From the NCBI GenBank assembly GCA_002633005.1, contig NMRA01000022.1, positions 1,436,618 through 1,500,617 of the forward strand: a stretch of 64,000 bases of DNA. Reading direction: 5' to 3'. A program made the translations under genes and the position numbers. Numbering within the stretch: the stretch's first letter is position 1; the number at the start of each line of letters is the position of its first letter. The DNA comes from Phoronis australis (Eukaryota > Animalia > Phoronida). This document shows positions 36,675 through 50,166 of the stretch, piece by piece. Under the pieces are notes generated by a model, which saw nothing but the letters and a program-made list of their open reading frames with translations, was not told the origin of the DNA and did no database searches.

Positions 36675-38133
36675 AGGAGAAGGCAGCCTTTTTTCTTGTC
36701 ATTTTTAGTAAAAATACAGTTCGTTGATTATCCCAGGTATATTTTTCAGTTAATAACGGCTTCTCGTAATTTAGTAGTGCCTTACTCCGGAAGTGCCATT
36801 ACATCGCTTTCAAAAATATGGCACACTCCGCCTTATTTGGGTCGTTCATGTGAAGAACGCAGCGCTACCCGTCCCCGCAACGTACAAAGCAGGGGAGAAT
36901 TATCGAGTGTGTTGCACGCCGTCGTATAATTAAAAAGGTATGTACGCGGAATTGATGATGGTTCCATCAAAACGAGGCCTGAAAAAGGGTGCCATACTGT
37001 CGTTGTTCATTTCCGGCAGTGCCTCGTCGCCACCCCCGAGAAGTGCATTTTTAAGCAAAAAGCCTCACGAGTTGTGGCCTGTACAGTGACTGGAAGCCAT
37101 TCATCTACTGTCACCCGTGCCTCCGAACGTACCCCAGAGCGTGCAATTTCGGGAAGTAGCAGTGATTCGCCTTGTGCTGGTGTTGTCTCCAGCCCAGAGC
37201 CTATGAGGAGCTCTGCAGCGATGTTGAGTAGTGGGGCGTAGTGAACACAGGCCCAGTTCGACACCCAGCGAGGAGGATAGTTCGCCGTACACTGAGAAGT
37301 TCGGTGAGCCAAACTTTGGTAAGTTTATTTTGGAGGTATTTAGAAAGTGTCAGGTGTGAGGCGAGGGAGTCACACGGCGGGATGTAAGCAGTTTGGTTGC
37401 TCATGTCACCATCCAGTGGGTAATCCATTGAGTTTGGCATAGTAGTGCATACGTCCCATCACGTCTGTCCTCAGTCTCTGCCTCATCCATCTCATAGCAA
37501 TCTGTGCGCATTCCGCTTGGCTTCATTAGGGATCAAACACATATCCATTCACTCCTTCTTCGCGAACAAAAATCCTCATCACCACTGCTATGAACGATGT
37601 CTCCGTTACTTTGTCTGTGATATGGGTCGCCGACTCTAGCCAGTTCCAAGCTGTTACAACTAACTAACGTAATTGAGCCCACTAAGAACCTACCTTGTCA
37701 TAGAATACACGTCGATGAGAAGTGGTGACGACAATTTTCGGAAACCAACACGAAAACAACAGTGAAATGTCTCCCTCACTCAGGTCACTGTGATATGGAT
37801 CTACGATTCCATCCATTTTCAGGTTACTAAACAAACGATGCCTAAATTGAGTTCTCTAACAACATAGTTGGTCAAAGAATACTCGTCGATGAGAAGTGGT
37901 GACGACAATTCTAGGAAACCAACACGACAACAAAACTTGAACAGATCCTCAGAGTTAATTCGAACGCAGAAACAAAATGGCGGGAAATTCTTAACCCCCT
38001 AAACGTCACTTCCGGAGTAGGGCACGATTTATCAATAAAATTACGGGAAGCCGTAAAAAAGGAAACATATGTCTGGGATAATCAACAAACCATATTTATA
38101 CTAAAAAATGTCATAAAAATGTTGCTTTCTCCT
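36675..38133. mobile_element. Kolobok-type non-autonomous DNA transposon in gene B intron 2
   Basis: TTAA|AGGAGAA...TTCTCCT|TTAA with long imperfect TIRs (about 125 bp, including ctccggaagtg / cacttccggag). The empty site is in gene A at about 7331-7343. A THAP-tail-like RGLKKGAILSLF lies on + (~36975) and GYVFDP on - (~37540). Confidence 0.85.
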
Positions 38134-38264
38134 TTAAAATGTACCTAATATTTGCAGTCATGTAACGTTTGCTAAGAGCACAATTTTTCACTGGTGTATC
38201 GCAAAAACTTATTAGGCGTTATTTTTTGGAACAATGCCTTGTACTTTCTGTTCAGGTCATTTAA

Positions 38265-39231
38265 ACAGTACAAACCTTGGATTTTTGCACATTTTGAATT
38301 ACCGGTGGCCACAGACTAAATGTATGACGTAAAATTTAGCTAAACCCATGTTTATTTTTTGTAAGTAGCTCGAAATTTTGATTTTTCTTTCAATTTTGCC
38401 AATTTTCACATTTCCCGCCATGTGACGTCACGGGTTGAATACAAGAGATCAGTGACTAGCATTGAACAATAGCGGAGAGCAGTGAATTTGAAAGCGACGA
38501 CGATTATGAGCAAGAATTGAATGAATACTATGAAGAAACGTACGGGAATGGTGGCCAGGATGAGGAAATGGGGTTGCACGAAAGCGAGAACAAGTTAAGT
38601 TTGATGTGCTTCCGGCTGCGTACTTTTCTACTTTGAGCCTTACGAACTGGATCCTCCCGCGAGAGAAGCGGCCTCGTGCTCGGCGAGTCAACCCAGTCAT
38701 CCAACAGACGATCCTGAATTAAGAGCCGATGTTTCTGAATGATAAATATTGTCCTTTATTGAACCAGGCCTTCATCGTAATATCTCCTGTGACTTGAGTC
38801 GAAACACGAGTCCTCAAAGTGGGCAAAACACAAAGTGGCCCCGGACCGAATCGCTTGGTCCACGATGAGGTCCCACACTCTCGTTCGGCGCACGAAGCGA
38901 TGCCACTTCTGCGCAACTTTGGTGTCTTTCAGAACACCGAGACTTTCTCCACCTGGCTGCTGTTGCTGCAGCCTCCGGCAACAGATCTTTTGATCCCTCT
39001 ACGAACCTTCTCGACGCTAAATGTACTTTGCTTTCACTTCACTCCATACACTTTGTCTCTGTTCCGAACAGTATGGCGAACGACTTGGGTTCAACCCATG
39101 ACGTTGTACATAATTATTATTTTTTCAATTTTTGCGTGTTTCTTTATGAGCTGTGCACTAAAGGCACTGAAATCAAGTAAGATATGATAATAAAATTTAT
39201 TTTGAGGTACTAGAGTCATGTTGTGTACACT
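38265..39231. mobile_element. Second Kolobok-type element in gene B intron 2, with a decayed THAP domain
   Basis: TTAA TSD (38261-38264 and 39232-39235), degenerate TIRs, and an empty site in gene A (~7451-7460). The minus strand 38997-38800 reads, with one frameshift, KRSVAGGCSNS...KDTKVAQKWHRFVRRTR...TLCFAHFEDSCF. A convergent EPYELDP remnant is on +. Confidence 0.8.
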
Positions 39232-40272
39232 TTAAATTTACAATTACGCTGTCATGAAGACTTACATATACTCCATGAACATTGGGAGTTTTTGATTTTC
39301 GATTTTCGTCTGATGCCAGTGATGTTTAAGGGAGTGCGGATTTTGCAAACAGGAAAATTTGGCATACAAATTACGTTTTACTACTTCCTAATTTTGGTCT
39401 CTATTCCGACCCCCTGTCACACCCAACTCATCCCCCTACTAGTAGAGCAAAGGAAAAAATTGAGCAAGTAATAGAACGGTGAGCAAAAAGTGTCTTTCAA
39501 AGAACAGTTACCAATTTTCAATGAAGGAATTTATGTCTGGAATAAATTTGACGTACCCATGGTTATGGTATTATTATCCAATTGTGCTGTCATTTTGCCT
39601 GAGAATAGATATTTGTCGCATGTTTTCGTGTGTAAAATTGATTGAGGTACGTAAGAAGAGGAGTGGCTCACCAATTCGTGATTCTGCGTTACCGTTGGAG
39701 CGGTTTAGTCTCATGCTGCAATACTCATGACTCTATCTTATTAAATAGGCTCATTTTTACCTGTTTACGCAGTTACGTACTTGATGTTCACGAAATAGGA
39801 ATGCGGAGTTTTTTATGGGGATAATACGATCTGTTTGCAATGTTTATTGTGAAATATTCAGTAAAATAAATTTACATACCCAGAACGCGCCAAGAGGCGT
39901 TGTACCTGGGTTAAATGAATACAAAGGAATCTATATACAATTATTATACACAAATACAAAAAAATTTAAAAATCACGATAAGATTACAATGACATATTAT
40001 TACGCATGCAAATAAATCATTTTCATACACAATAAGCTATTTTACATGTATACAGTGTTACAGATGCACACAAAGAGATTTAATATTTAAAATATACAAT
40101 CATAAAATCAAGCAATTCGATAGATATCAATGATTAACAGGAGTTCAATTTAATTGGAAAGAACTCAATCAATTTTGCCAAAGAGGTACTGCTTAAGTGG
40201 CTGATACTATGTACACACATGGCTAACAGCAAGCTGCTGTAATATCTATATGTGTGGTCAATTAAAAATTTA

Positions 40273-41360
40273 CCTGGATCTATTCTCGATTTAGAAACCG
40301 CCGTCGTCAGTTGTTGAAACCAAACAGGTTTTTGTAATGATGAAATTAATCGATAAAACAGTTTAATGGATCACTTCAGAGATACTTGTAGATGACTGCA
40401 TCCAATTTAAAGTTCTTGGACTCGAGTTTGGTGAATGAGGTGCTTTAAATACAAAGTTAAATCGATTATTTGTATGTGTTACATAGAAATGAATTATGAT
40501 CTTTCATTCGGGTAAAAAATATCCCCAAACCCGCGTATCGGCCTTGTATTTTCTAACAATAATTTCGGAGAATTTGATCGGTATTTCAAGAACTACCGTG
40601 GTCTTATAAACACCAACGTTTTTGAAAGTACAAGTTTATTTTGTTGATTTGAAAATGAACCTGTTTGCTGAAAAAATTCAACACTGAAAAGTCCTAAAAT
40701 CTTGTTTATTCCAAACAATTCAAACCCAATCAAAAGTGATAAAAAATGGCAATAAAATTACTAACAAAACATCAAAGAGATTTCTGAAAATTTGACTACA
40801 ATCTTAGAACTTCAATAACTTTCCACTCCCTGGATCTATTCTCGATTTAGAAACCGTTGTCGCCTGGAATTCAAACCACTGCGAGGTTTTTTAACTTTGA
40901 GATACATCGCAGAAACAGTTTCGAGGCTCATTAAATAGCTGAATATTCAGAGTTGATATCGGCCAGTATGGCGAATGAAACAGTCTGAATTAAAAATTAA
41001 ATCGATTTTTATGTGATACATCGACATGGTCATGATCGTTGGTCCGGGTTCAAAAATCCCCTCCCCATAACGTGATTGTCGGCCTTGCGTTCAGTAGCTA
41101 TAATCTCGGAGATTTTAATCGAATCATGCATCTAGAAAACCATGGAGTTATAACCACCTATTTTTGTGAACTTTTATTTTGTCGATTAAAATGAACTTAT
41201 TTGTTTAAAAATTCAAAACTGTGAAAACTGATAAACTATTGGCTAGTATAAATGATTCAAAACTAATCAAAAATTGTGAAATGGTAAAAACGAGGAAAGT
41301 TTGCATATAAAAGGACAAAGATTCTTGTTACGGTTTGATTAAAGCCTTTGAACTTCAACA
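40273..41360. repeat. Diverged tandem dimer, ~556-bp unit
   Basis: cctggatctattctcgatttagaaaccg starts both units (40273 and 40829) and similarity is colinear downstream. Confidence 0.75.
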
Positions 41361-42825
41361 AGTATAGATTTTTATGAAGCACATTGTTGAGTCGATGATT
41401 AAGTTACTTCAAATGCATACAAAAGTGTCTCAAAGTGTTCAACGATAAGATAAGAAACAGCAGAAGGCCTTGATCTACTCGCAAAACTAGTTGGAGTTAA
41501 AAATATCGCTCGAGAAATAATGTTTAATGTCCGGTGAATTATGTCTTTACTCGGAACTCTACTCTCGTAACTCGAAGGAAATAACCCCTGGGCCCAAGAG
41601 ACTATCGACTATGTGTTTGTAAATTAAGGTGCAACGTTTTGAGTTGCCTGTCGTCGTTTGGTTGAAATGAAAACGGTATTTCGATCACTGGTTTGAGAGC
41701 CCATGAAATTGCAGCACTTGCTTTGATATTGGAAATGCGTTTAAGGTAATCTATAACTCGGTTTAAACCCGTCTTCACACACAAAAAAATCAACTTCTAG
41801 ATTTAAACCGTTTATAGTATCAATTTGCTCGTCAGTCACATTAATGTGGGGTCTAATCCACGGGTTCGAGAGAACTGAGTTTGTCTTCGCTTGAAATAAG
41901 GGTCCAAAACCATAAATCACGGCGTGGGATTTTACGCTCCGAGCCCCAAGAACCTTTCCTGACGTTCCAGGTATCGCCACGGACCATCACGAAGGTTACA
42001 CGGTTTATACGCCGGATTGTGTGAAATGTAATCCGGTTTGATTCGGCACGTGAATGGAACTTGGGCTAAAGGAACTAGTTGAGACCGACTTCATTGTGCT
42101 AGATGGACTAAATCACAACGTTTGCTTCTTGGATACAGCGCGAGTTTGTAGCAGCTTAGATAAAATAATTTGACCGATAAAATCGCCATCCCTACTTTTC
42201 ACTTTTATTTAACCGCGGGATTACAACCGCACATGCACACTTGCGTATTTAAGCCCGTTAGTTTGTATATTAGTTCTAAGCACTTATTTTTTTCAATTAA
42301 AATTGTTGACATTTTCCTTGGTTTTACAGCGGATATCAATTAAATGGTTTTAAGGCAATCAAATTTTCTCTGCTCCTCCATAACCTTATTCATTATCAAA
42401 ATTTGGTTCAGTTAATGATGTTTAAGTCTTACCATTTCCAAGTATGAAAATAGTAATACTACTTTTGAAACGGTTAGTCAGTCACTGAATTGCAAATACC
42501 TGTCTTCCCTACCCGTTAAGTTTACATTCGCAGGAAGACTTATCTGTGTTATAGTCAAGGAAATGTGGTGCCAAACCAAGTCGCGAAAAAGTGTTTCGCA
42601 ATGACAAGCCTGTATACGCTTCATACATGTACGAGGACACTGAGTGTGCCTTTATACTCAGCAAAGTATGCACCTGTACAAAGGACGTCCATCTGCACAC
42701 ATCGTCAAAGTTTTGTTTCACCCATACCTTCACTGACGCCTCATGTCACGTACATGTAGGCCTACATTTCCACTGCCATGAAGTTTTTTAGGGGACGAGA
42801 GTACGTGCCATCACACTGTGACAGT

Positions 42826-42907
42826 ATGTGTATGTGTGTTTGTGTTTGTGTGTGTGCGTGCTTGCGTGCGTGCGTGCGTGCGTTCGTGTGTGTGTGTGTG
42901 TGTGTGT
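42826..42907. repeat. Compound (TG)n/(TGCG)n microsatellite
   Basis: Seen directly in the sequence. Confidence 0.95.
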
Positions 42908-43356
42908 CGCACAAGACGGATGCGACAATATATGCTCTGAACACCGAAACCTTTTGTCGCCCGGGTGACGATACGTGCCGATGTTAACGGCGTTTATTGT
43001 CACACTTGGCATCTATTGTTGAGTTCCCAAGCCTTTCTATGGTTAGAAGGCCTTGGAGGGAAATCCTACATAGTTTTTCGTAACAAAAACATTAATAAAT
43101 TGGAGAAGAAAGTATTGGGGATACAATTGCATTTAGCGAATTCAGGTTAATACACGCATTCCGATATTATGTTTGTAGATATATATCCTTTATAATGCTA
43201 ACAATATAGGATTTTGTGCGTTAAATTATAACCTTTGTGAATAAGCGTGACGCTCACTAATACACGAAATGTTTTCGGAAAGATGCAGCCTCCCATAGAT
43301 TATCAATTAGATAGAAAAATTGAAGACCGTGTGCTATTTCTGTTCACATTTTCTAG

Positions 43357-43961
43357 GCACTCACTATACTGGCGTTCTGCGCATAAGACCGCTTAACAGC
43401 CGCAAAGCTTTCGTCGTAATCTGCGAAGAAGGGTGGACGGTTATCCAGCGAAGATTCAACGGAAGCGTCGATTTCAACAGAAGCTGGGTTGACTATAAAA
43501 ATGGTTTTGGTGAACTTGAAGGAGAGCTGTGGCTCGGCAATGACAACATTTACTTCATCACCCAGCAGGCTCAGTACAAAATACAATACGTGATGACCAC
43601 ATGGAATGGCACGAGTGTAACACGTGAACATAATTCATTCTCAACAGCAGATGAGAAAGAGAACTACAGATTATCTATATCTGCAAAAAATGATCCTGAT
43701 CCCAATTTTTCGTTGAGTCAACTAAACGGAGCTAGTTTTTCGACAATAGACCACGATAATGACAACATTGCAATTAAAAATTGTGCAAAACTTAGATCTG
43801 GCGGATGGTGGTTTAAAGACTGTGCATGGACAGCCTTAAATAGTCTTTATCCCACGGGTGGGATTTGCAAGGCTGATAAGGATAACCATTGCATGAAATA
43901 TTACGTTTCACAAGAACATGTACTGTTAAAAAGTTCTGTTGTCAAAATACGGAAGGTTTAG
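43357..43961 (+). CDS. Gene B exon 3: fibrinogen C-terminal domain (FReD)
   Basis: Acceptor ttttctAG, phase 1. All FReD motifs are present as in gene A and the frame is open to TAG. The spliced product is about 308 aa. Confidence 0.93.
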
Positions 43962-44365
43962 TGTTCAAGTTAAGAGATATTTCTTGGCAGGGTCGTGAAA
44001 ATCACGTGTGGTATTCTCGTTAATAACAAAGTACAACTCAACGACGGCATTGCGATTTGAACAGCATTCGTTGTATTGCTTGAGACAGACACCCTACAGC
44101 ACTAGAATAAAACAACGAAACAAAAGTTTGGCTTTTATAACCGATGTCAGCAAAATAATAATGGAGGACAAGTTATAGAAGATGGTAGATGCGTTCCATA
44201 ACGTAAGGTGATTCGCGAGGGAGGCAATTGGCTGGCACTCGCGTAATTTAACTTTCGTGTGACCTCGAATAACTCGCAGCAAGGAGCGCCTGTCTGATAG
44301 AAGTAAGAAGACTATGTCTTGGGAAATGTTCACAATGTTGTCACACATGACAACACTGTATAATG

Positions 44366-44507
44366 CATGGGCGGCGCACCATAGGATACCGGGGAGCTAT
44401 AGCCCCCACTTTTTTCAGTGCTCCGGCGCCCATGGTCTATGGGAGGTGCACCACAGGGGAGCTGGATGGCTATAGACCCTCCTTTTTTCAGTGCTGCGAA
44501 GCCCATG
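44366..44507. mobile_element. Small MITE-like insertion downstream of gene B
   Basis: Ends are catgggc...gcccatg with an internal dimer. It is absent from the homologous position downstream of gene A (~10740-10750). Confidence 0.55.
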
Positions 44508-47408
44508 TAACGTTGGGTGCACTGGACTGACTTTGCCGGATCCGCAGCGTCAACTGGAATAGACATGTTATTGGTTCTCGATGACACCTGACGGCTTTTC
44601 CGCCAAACAGATGTCTTAGCTGATTGACCTGGCAGAAGCTTATCAATTACAGTCATTGTATAGTATAGCTCGCAAAAAACAGGGTAAATTTAATCCAAGC
44701 ATTGTTTGAAGTGAGTAAAGGATGCCCGGTCGAGAATCCTTCGTATACCTGAACTGTAAGTGATATTATCACAATGGAATTTTCAGTCGCTGTTTCTGTT
44801 TTATTTTAATCATTCTCAATTAGTAAAAGACACGTCGATGATCACTATCTGACAAATAGTCCTTGTTCATTTTAATTGAATCTAAAACCCTGGGGTTAAT
44901 ATCAAGCGCTAGGATTGAATCCTAAGACATTTAGAGATATTGGATATGGTTTGCCGTCAAACCATCGATCCGGAACACGTCTGGTATTTTTGTGGACCCG
45001 AAGATTCTCACCGAGGTGTTTCATGTCTGCGCATGGCCGGGACTCAGCTGTACCCCGACATTGTTTTGCTCGCAATGAAAGCGTGGGTTAGCGACAGATG
45101 CAAACCAAGGGGGCATTGTTTCCGTAGAGGGCGTGACTTGCGATGACAACCGTTCATGTCAACAGGTGCCAAGCACAGTACTGGATTTATCCCAGAGTTC
45201 TAAGTTATCAATTTTCAAGAAGTCATCGATGTTTATAGAAACATTCGTCACTGTGCCCGAGTACTGTTATTAGAGTGTTAGAGATTTATCATATTGTGGC
45301 ATTGACTAATTACGCTTGCCAAAAAACAGTCCGAGAGACCAGTTGCTTAGTCTCATAAAAATCTTAAGTTTTTGGGTATGTTTGTGTGGCCGTTGAGTGA
45401 CTCTAAAGCTGTTTCTTGAATCATTTATTGCTTTTTGAGTTTCACGTGAAATCTGTCTCTGGAAGGCTTAACCCGTTTCACCAACTCAGGCTAAGTCTAA
45501 TTGTTAGAAAATCTACTACAGCTTGAAGACAAAAACACATAAGGCGGTCGCATGCTCGAGGGCGGATTTAAAACCTAATAACAATAGGAGAAAATATCAA
45601 TTGTTTTCTCTAGACCCCTCGAGAACAGACCCTGTTGCACGAACCGTGACTTAAAACTTTAGACAGAAATTTGATCTTACGTTCCAAGGTAATTTAAAGC
45701 ATATGAGCAAAAATTCAGTCAGTGTAAATATACACATAACTGTTATTTACCGAGATAATGGGGTATTAGACAATTTTTATATTACTAGAGGGCGCGCGTG
45801 TACTAGTGGTGATAGATATAGTAGCCTCGATTTCGCGAGCCCTTTAATAGGCCTAACTGGTGAACTGGCTTTCAGTCGTGCCAAGTGAATCTGAGGTTGC
45901 GTAACAAGGGAGCTTCTACGAGAGTAAGTAAACATGGCCTTATAGAAAGGTAAGGTTTGTGATTATTTCAACGATTATAGCATGTTTACAATATTGATGC
46001 CTGTTAACTGAGGTACTGGCTGATGTCTACTTCACGGCAGTCGCCAATCGAGTTAATCATTGTTTATTTTTGTGATGTGTATTACGATACTTGACTTAGA
46101 ACTCGGGATCTTTTCGTACATCAAAGCAATATTATAAATGTTTGGAATGATTTCTAACAGGTTTACCAGTGACAGTTACATCGATAAATGCTGAATGTTT
46201 ATGCTGTCAACTCGATATTGGTTAGTGATATAAGATTACAATCCAAGCGCGAAGGGCTGGTGACAAATATCTATTAGACTATTTGTTTACCCCCTATCAT
46301 ATGTCGTCCGGAAATATATTACACGTTGACATGGAAATATACCATGTCTGTGTCCACCTGATCTTTGTTTTTAGGTTTGAGGGCTAGTACCGTGGACAGG
46401 AGATATGCATCGCCTCTGCGATCGTCCTTGAACCGAAAAAAATCATTGGTTTTAAGCAGCTAACTAGCAAGACCTTCCTATCCAGTGCAGATCTGTTGTC
46501 AAAGCCTACTTTCTATATCGGAGACAAGGAACAAAGTCTTTGAAAAAGGACAGCTATTGTTAAAGAAAGGTATGAAAGTTGCTTTTTTTATTTTCTTATT
46601 CAGATCTTTAGCGGGAGGTTAGCATAGGAGGTTGGGGTTGTAAAATTTAAGCAACTGAATCTGTGGAAATAACAGGTAATATTGTCTGGGGGTAAGAGCA
46701 TGGGGAGGAAATTCTTAACCTTCATGGAGTTCTTTCAAGTTTCATGAAACTGTTTTGGTATCAATTGTAAGCTCATAAAATGATTTTTTTTCATTTTCTG
46801 AATTCTCAATGACTGAGTTAAGGCTAACTCATGCCTTGAAATATTGCAAGTCGTTTATAAATTCATATGACTGCCATTTTGTGAAAGTTGCATTTTTGCT
46901 GTGAACATACGAGTGGGGTCGTACTTGTTGAACATGTCATTCTTGCTGCTAATACGCTAGCAGTGGCGACTTAGGATTTTTAATTACTCTTAAACAACAG
47001 AATGATTACCCACATCTTCTATGAGAAGAAAAATAAAAAATTCTGAGAAAAGGTTCCCTCAGCTCTAGACCAGAAGTGTGCTTGACAGACCCATGAATCT
47101 GTAATCTGGTTTAAAATTGCTGAGAGTATCAAAAATCAAAAGCCTTGAAAATGGGTGACAAAGGTTTGAAGTTGCCTCAAATAACTTGCATATTTTTCAG
47201 AAAAGTGATGCGTTTAAAGAATTGTTATGGCTAGGAATGAAAACTGAAGACGCAATTTTATGCAATACTTAGTACATACACCCTTGGTTTTTGGAAATAG
47301 TAATTATTTAATTCTGTGTGACGTTATGAAGCGGTCATCATATGATATTTTTGAAAAACGGGCAACATTTTTGACCCAAGATGATATACTTAATTATTCA
47401 TTTTCCAG

Positions 47409-47900
47409 GCTCAGTGACATTTTAAGACCACTTCAAGCCGCAACACAGACAACCTTTGTTACTGCTTTCTCTTCCCGCAGCATGTCCACACATCAACATT
47501 GTTGCATGTCACAATTTGTACAAGCCAGTGGCCCTGGAGAAATGTGAATCGCAGTACCAAGTTAACATAAGAAAATGTGCCAGTGGGTTGTTTGTGTGTG
47601 AACAGGAACTAAATCTGACTGCTACACCAGACAGCCTCGTTAGTGAGGATGTCATTTTATAGGCAATGAGTCATATGTGGACAATAACGGCTTATTTCTT
47701 TTCATGGAAGAAACATGAGGGGCTGAAGCTAAAGAAGACCTAGTAACACTCTGGTGTAGTTCAGGGTCAGATTTTGGGCACATAGCAAGTCAAGTTATAT
47801 GCTGTTGTGTTTACCTTTAATGATCTAATTGTGGATGTTGTTGAGGCTGAAGGTAAGCTACGTGCCGAAACTGGACCTCTTTACAAGCGCTTCTATAGGT
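47409..47900 (+). pseudogene. YqaJ-like (lambda-exonuclease / PD-(D/E)xK) pseudo-exon, probably from an ISL2EU- or Kolobok-related transposon
   Basis: Broken translation gives KPVALEKCE...SGLFVCEQELNLTATPDSLVSEDVIL, then GLKLKKT...VQGQIL...VVFTFNDL. This matches the YqaJ motif order GL-ASPDG-EvKCP-QVQGQL. Several stops are present. Confidence 0.65.
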
Positions 47901-49310
47901 CATTGAAACTAGATGCCGGTGAAATGAAAACGAAAAGCATCTGCTATAAATGCCTGTCTTTTTTCAATAATAATGGTAAAAACTTTTCAATTTGGTACGC
48001 ATTATGCAGAAATGACTTTCAGTAACTGCATCGATTGTCTTATTGTCAGTAAAAAGCCGGTTAATGTTACACTTTGATGATCGAATAAAATTTTCATCAA
48101 CAGGCAAGTTTGTCACTAATTATTCAAATCACGATACAGCCCCATACAGTGCAGTTGTGCTTCTTTATAAAGTTGAAGTTATTACCGATTACGCTTGCGA
48201 ATTTGTCATTTTCCTGTTGACCTATAGAAATGTCCGGCGATCAAAACGAAGTATTCCCCTTGTTTGCACTTGATTTGTTTGTGTGTAAGTATTTTTAGAG
48301 CTTTCTTACGATGGCCTTTGAGTTTTAAGTTTTGAGTTAACGTGTCTATAACAAAAGTTCCACATGCAAGCAAAGTATGTTTTCAATCGTAGCTAGCTGG
48401 ATAATAATCTGCTATATGCACAAGATTCGAGAATAAACAAACTGAACAACCACATACATACAAAGGAACAACCTTGTCAAAGTAAAATAATTGTAATTTT
48501 CCCAACGCTACAGAGTCCATAATCAGGGATATCAAGGCTTTGTTGTTCAAATTTTCCTCTGTACACTGTAGGATGTCCTTATGCTTCAACTACTGTAACT
48601 CTTCTGAATATCTTCTTGACTTTAGCCCATATTATACCGTTCTACTTGTTTAGTGATTGGCTAATAAAAACCACATGATCATATCTAGTCATATCATTTG
48701 ACCCCAGAATCCAAAGTCGTAAACACCATCTGAAAATAGATTTTGACGTTAAAGTACTTGTCAACAAATTTGACTCCATGACTTAAAAGTACATATGCAC
48801 AAATTTTGGGCAACATAAAATGTATCTATTCTTACTAATTACTTAATCAATATTTATTCTGACAGGGTGACTTCTGAATTGAGAGGTTCAATTCTCTCGG
48901 GTTATTGCTGAAAGACTGCTTTCCACTTTGTCGAAAGGTAAAATAGACAGTAAGGCGGCTGGTTTCAGTCGTTTTCTCTCACCTGTAACAAAATAGTCAG
49001 AGAAATATTAGCAAATTATCAAAGAAAACACCACCCAAAACTACTTTTGTAAGGCAGAACATACTTGACGTTTCATTTTTATGTTTACATGTGGAAACTA
49101 ATAATCTTTGTACTCAAGCCTTGTTCAAGATCTGAATTAAAATATGTGAAACAGGCTAAAGTGATTTAAGAATGTCTATTAATCATGACACCTAAGCTGT
49201 GTTTCTGGTCTCAACAAACATAATTCATTCTAGGTGTCAATATATATTCCAATGCAATGTTACCAATTCACTGAATGACTCATTCACGTTGATTCGGTAT
49301 CTAATCTAAT

Positions 49311-50166
49311 CTAAATTATCTAAGAAAATTGGTGTACTTAAACGTCTAGGCAAATTTCTTAATGTCAGTACTCTTAAGACCCTTAACCATTCTATTATTC
49401 AGCCTCATATTGATTATTGTTTACCGGTTTGGGGGCACACTAGTGACACACTTGTCAGCAAAGTGCAAGTAATCCAAAATAGAGCCGCCAGGGCTACCCT
49501 GGGTACTAAAATTAGGGACACTAGGGTTGACGACTTGTATTCCAAGCTGGGATTTATGAAAATAAGACAAAGAAATAAATATCTCTCTGCCTGTTGTATG
49601 TACAGATATATCAATGGCTTTGCTCCAGCATATCTCAGCAGTAAATTTAATAGCAGCCAGGCTGTATATTCTACACGTTCTTCTGTTGCTGGCTATGTTT
49701 ATTCTAAAAAAAATTAAAACCGAGACTGGCAAGAGATCTTTTATCTATGCAGCTGCTACAATATGGAATTCTTTTAGCCCAGAAATTAAACGGTCCAATT
49801 CAATTACTACCTTTAAAGTAAATATTAAAAAGTGGCTATAACTTACTTGACCTTTTATACCCTCCCTGTCTTACTCTTGTCATTTTTTCATTGTCGTAAA
49901 TATTCTCACTGTCTAGAATCATCTCTTAATTTATTTCATCTGTCTTAGTTGAATTTTTACCATTATTTGTCATTTAGTTATTGTCCTAATTCTCAACCTG
50001 TTTTAATTGTATCTTTGTTACGTATATTTCATTGTTGTTTTATTACTTCATTGTTTTATACTACTGTTTTTCTTGTTGAGGGCCCTCTTGGAAAGCAGTG
50101 CTATCACTGAAGAGGCCACCCTCATTTTAAATATCACAATAATAAATAAAAATAAATAAAATAAAA
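49311..50166 (+). mobile_element. 3' fragment of an L2/CR1-group LINE
   Basis: KLSKKIGVLKRL...IIQPHIDYCLPVWG...IQNRAAR...APAYL...GKRSFIYAAATIWNS is a typical ORF2 C-terminus. The T-rich 3' UTR ends in a stem-loop (gagggccctctt...aagaggccaccctc) and an (AATAA)n tail. A possible 8-bp TSD is aatctaat. Confidence 0.85.

Noticed and set aside
45628-45911. Putative MITE with ccctgttgcacgaacc / ggttgcgtaacaaggg ends
   Set aside because: The inverted match is weak and there is no TSD.
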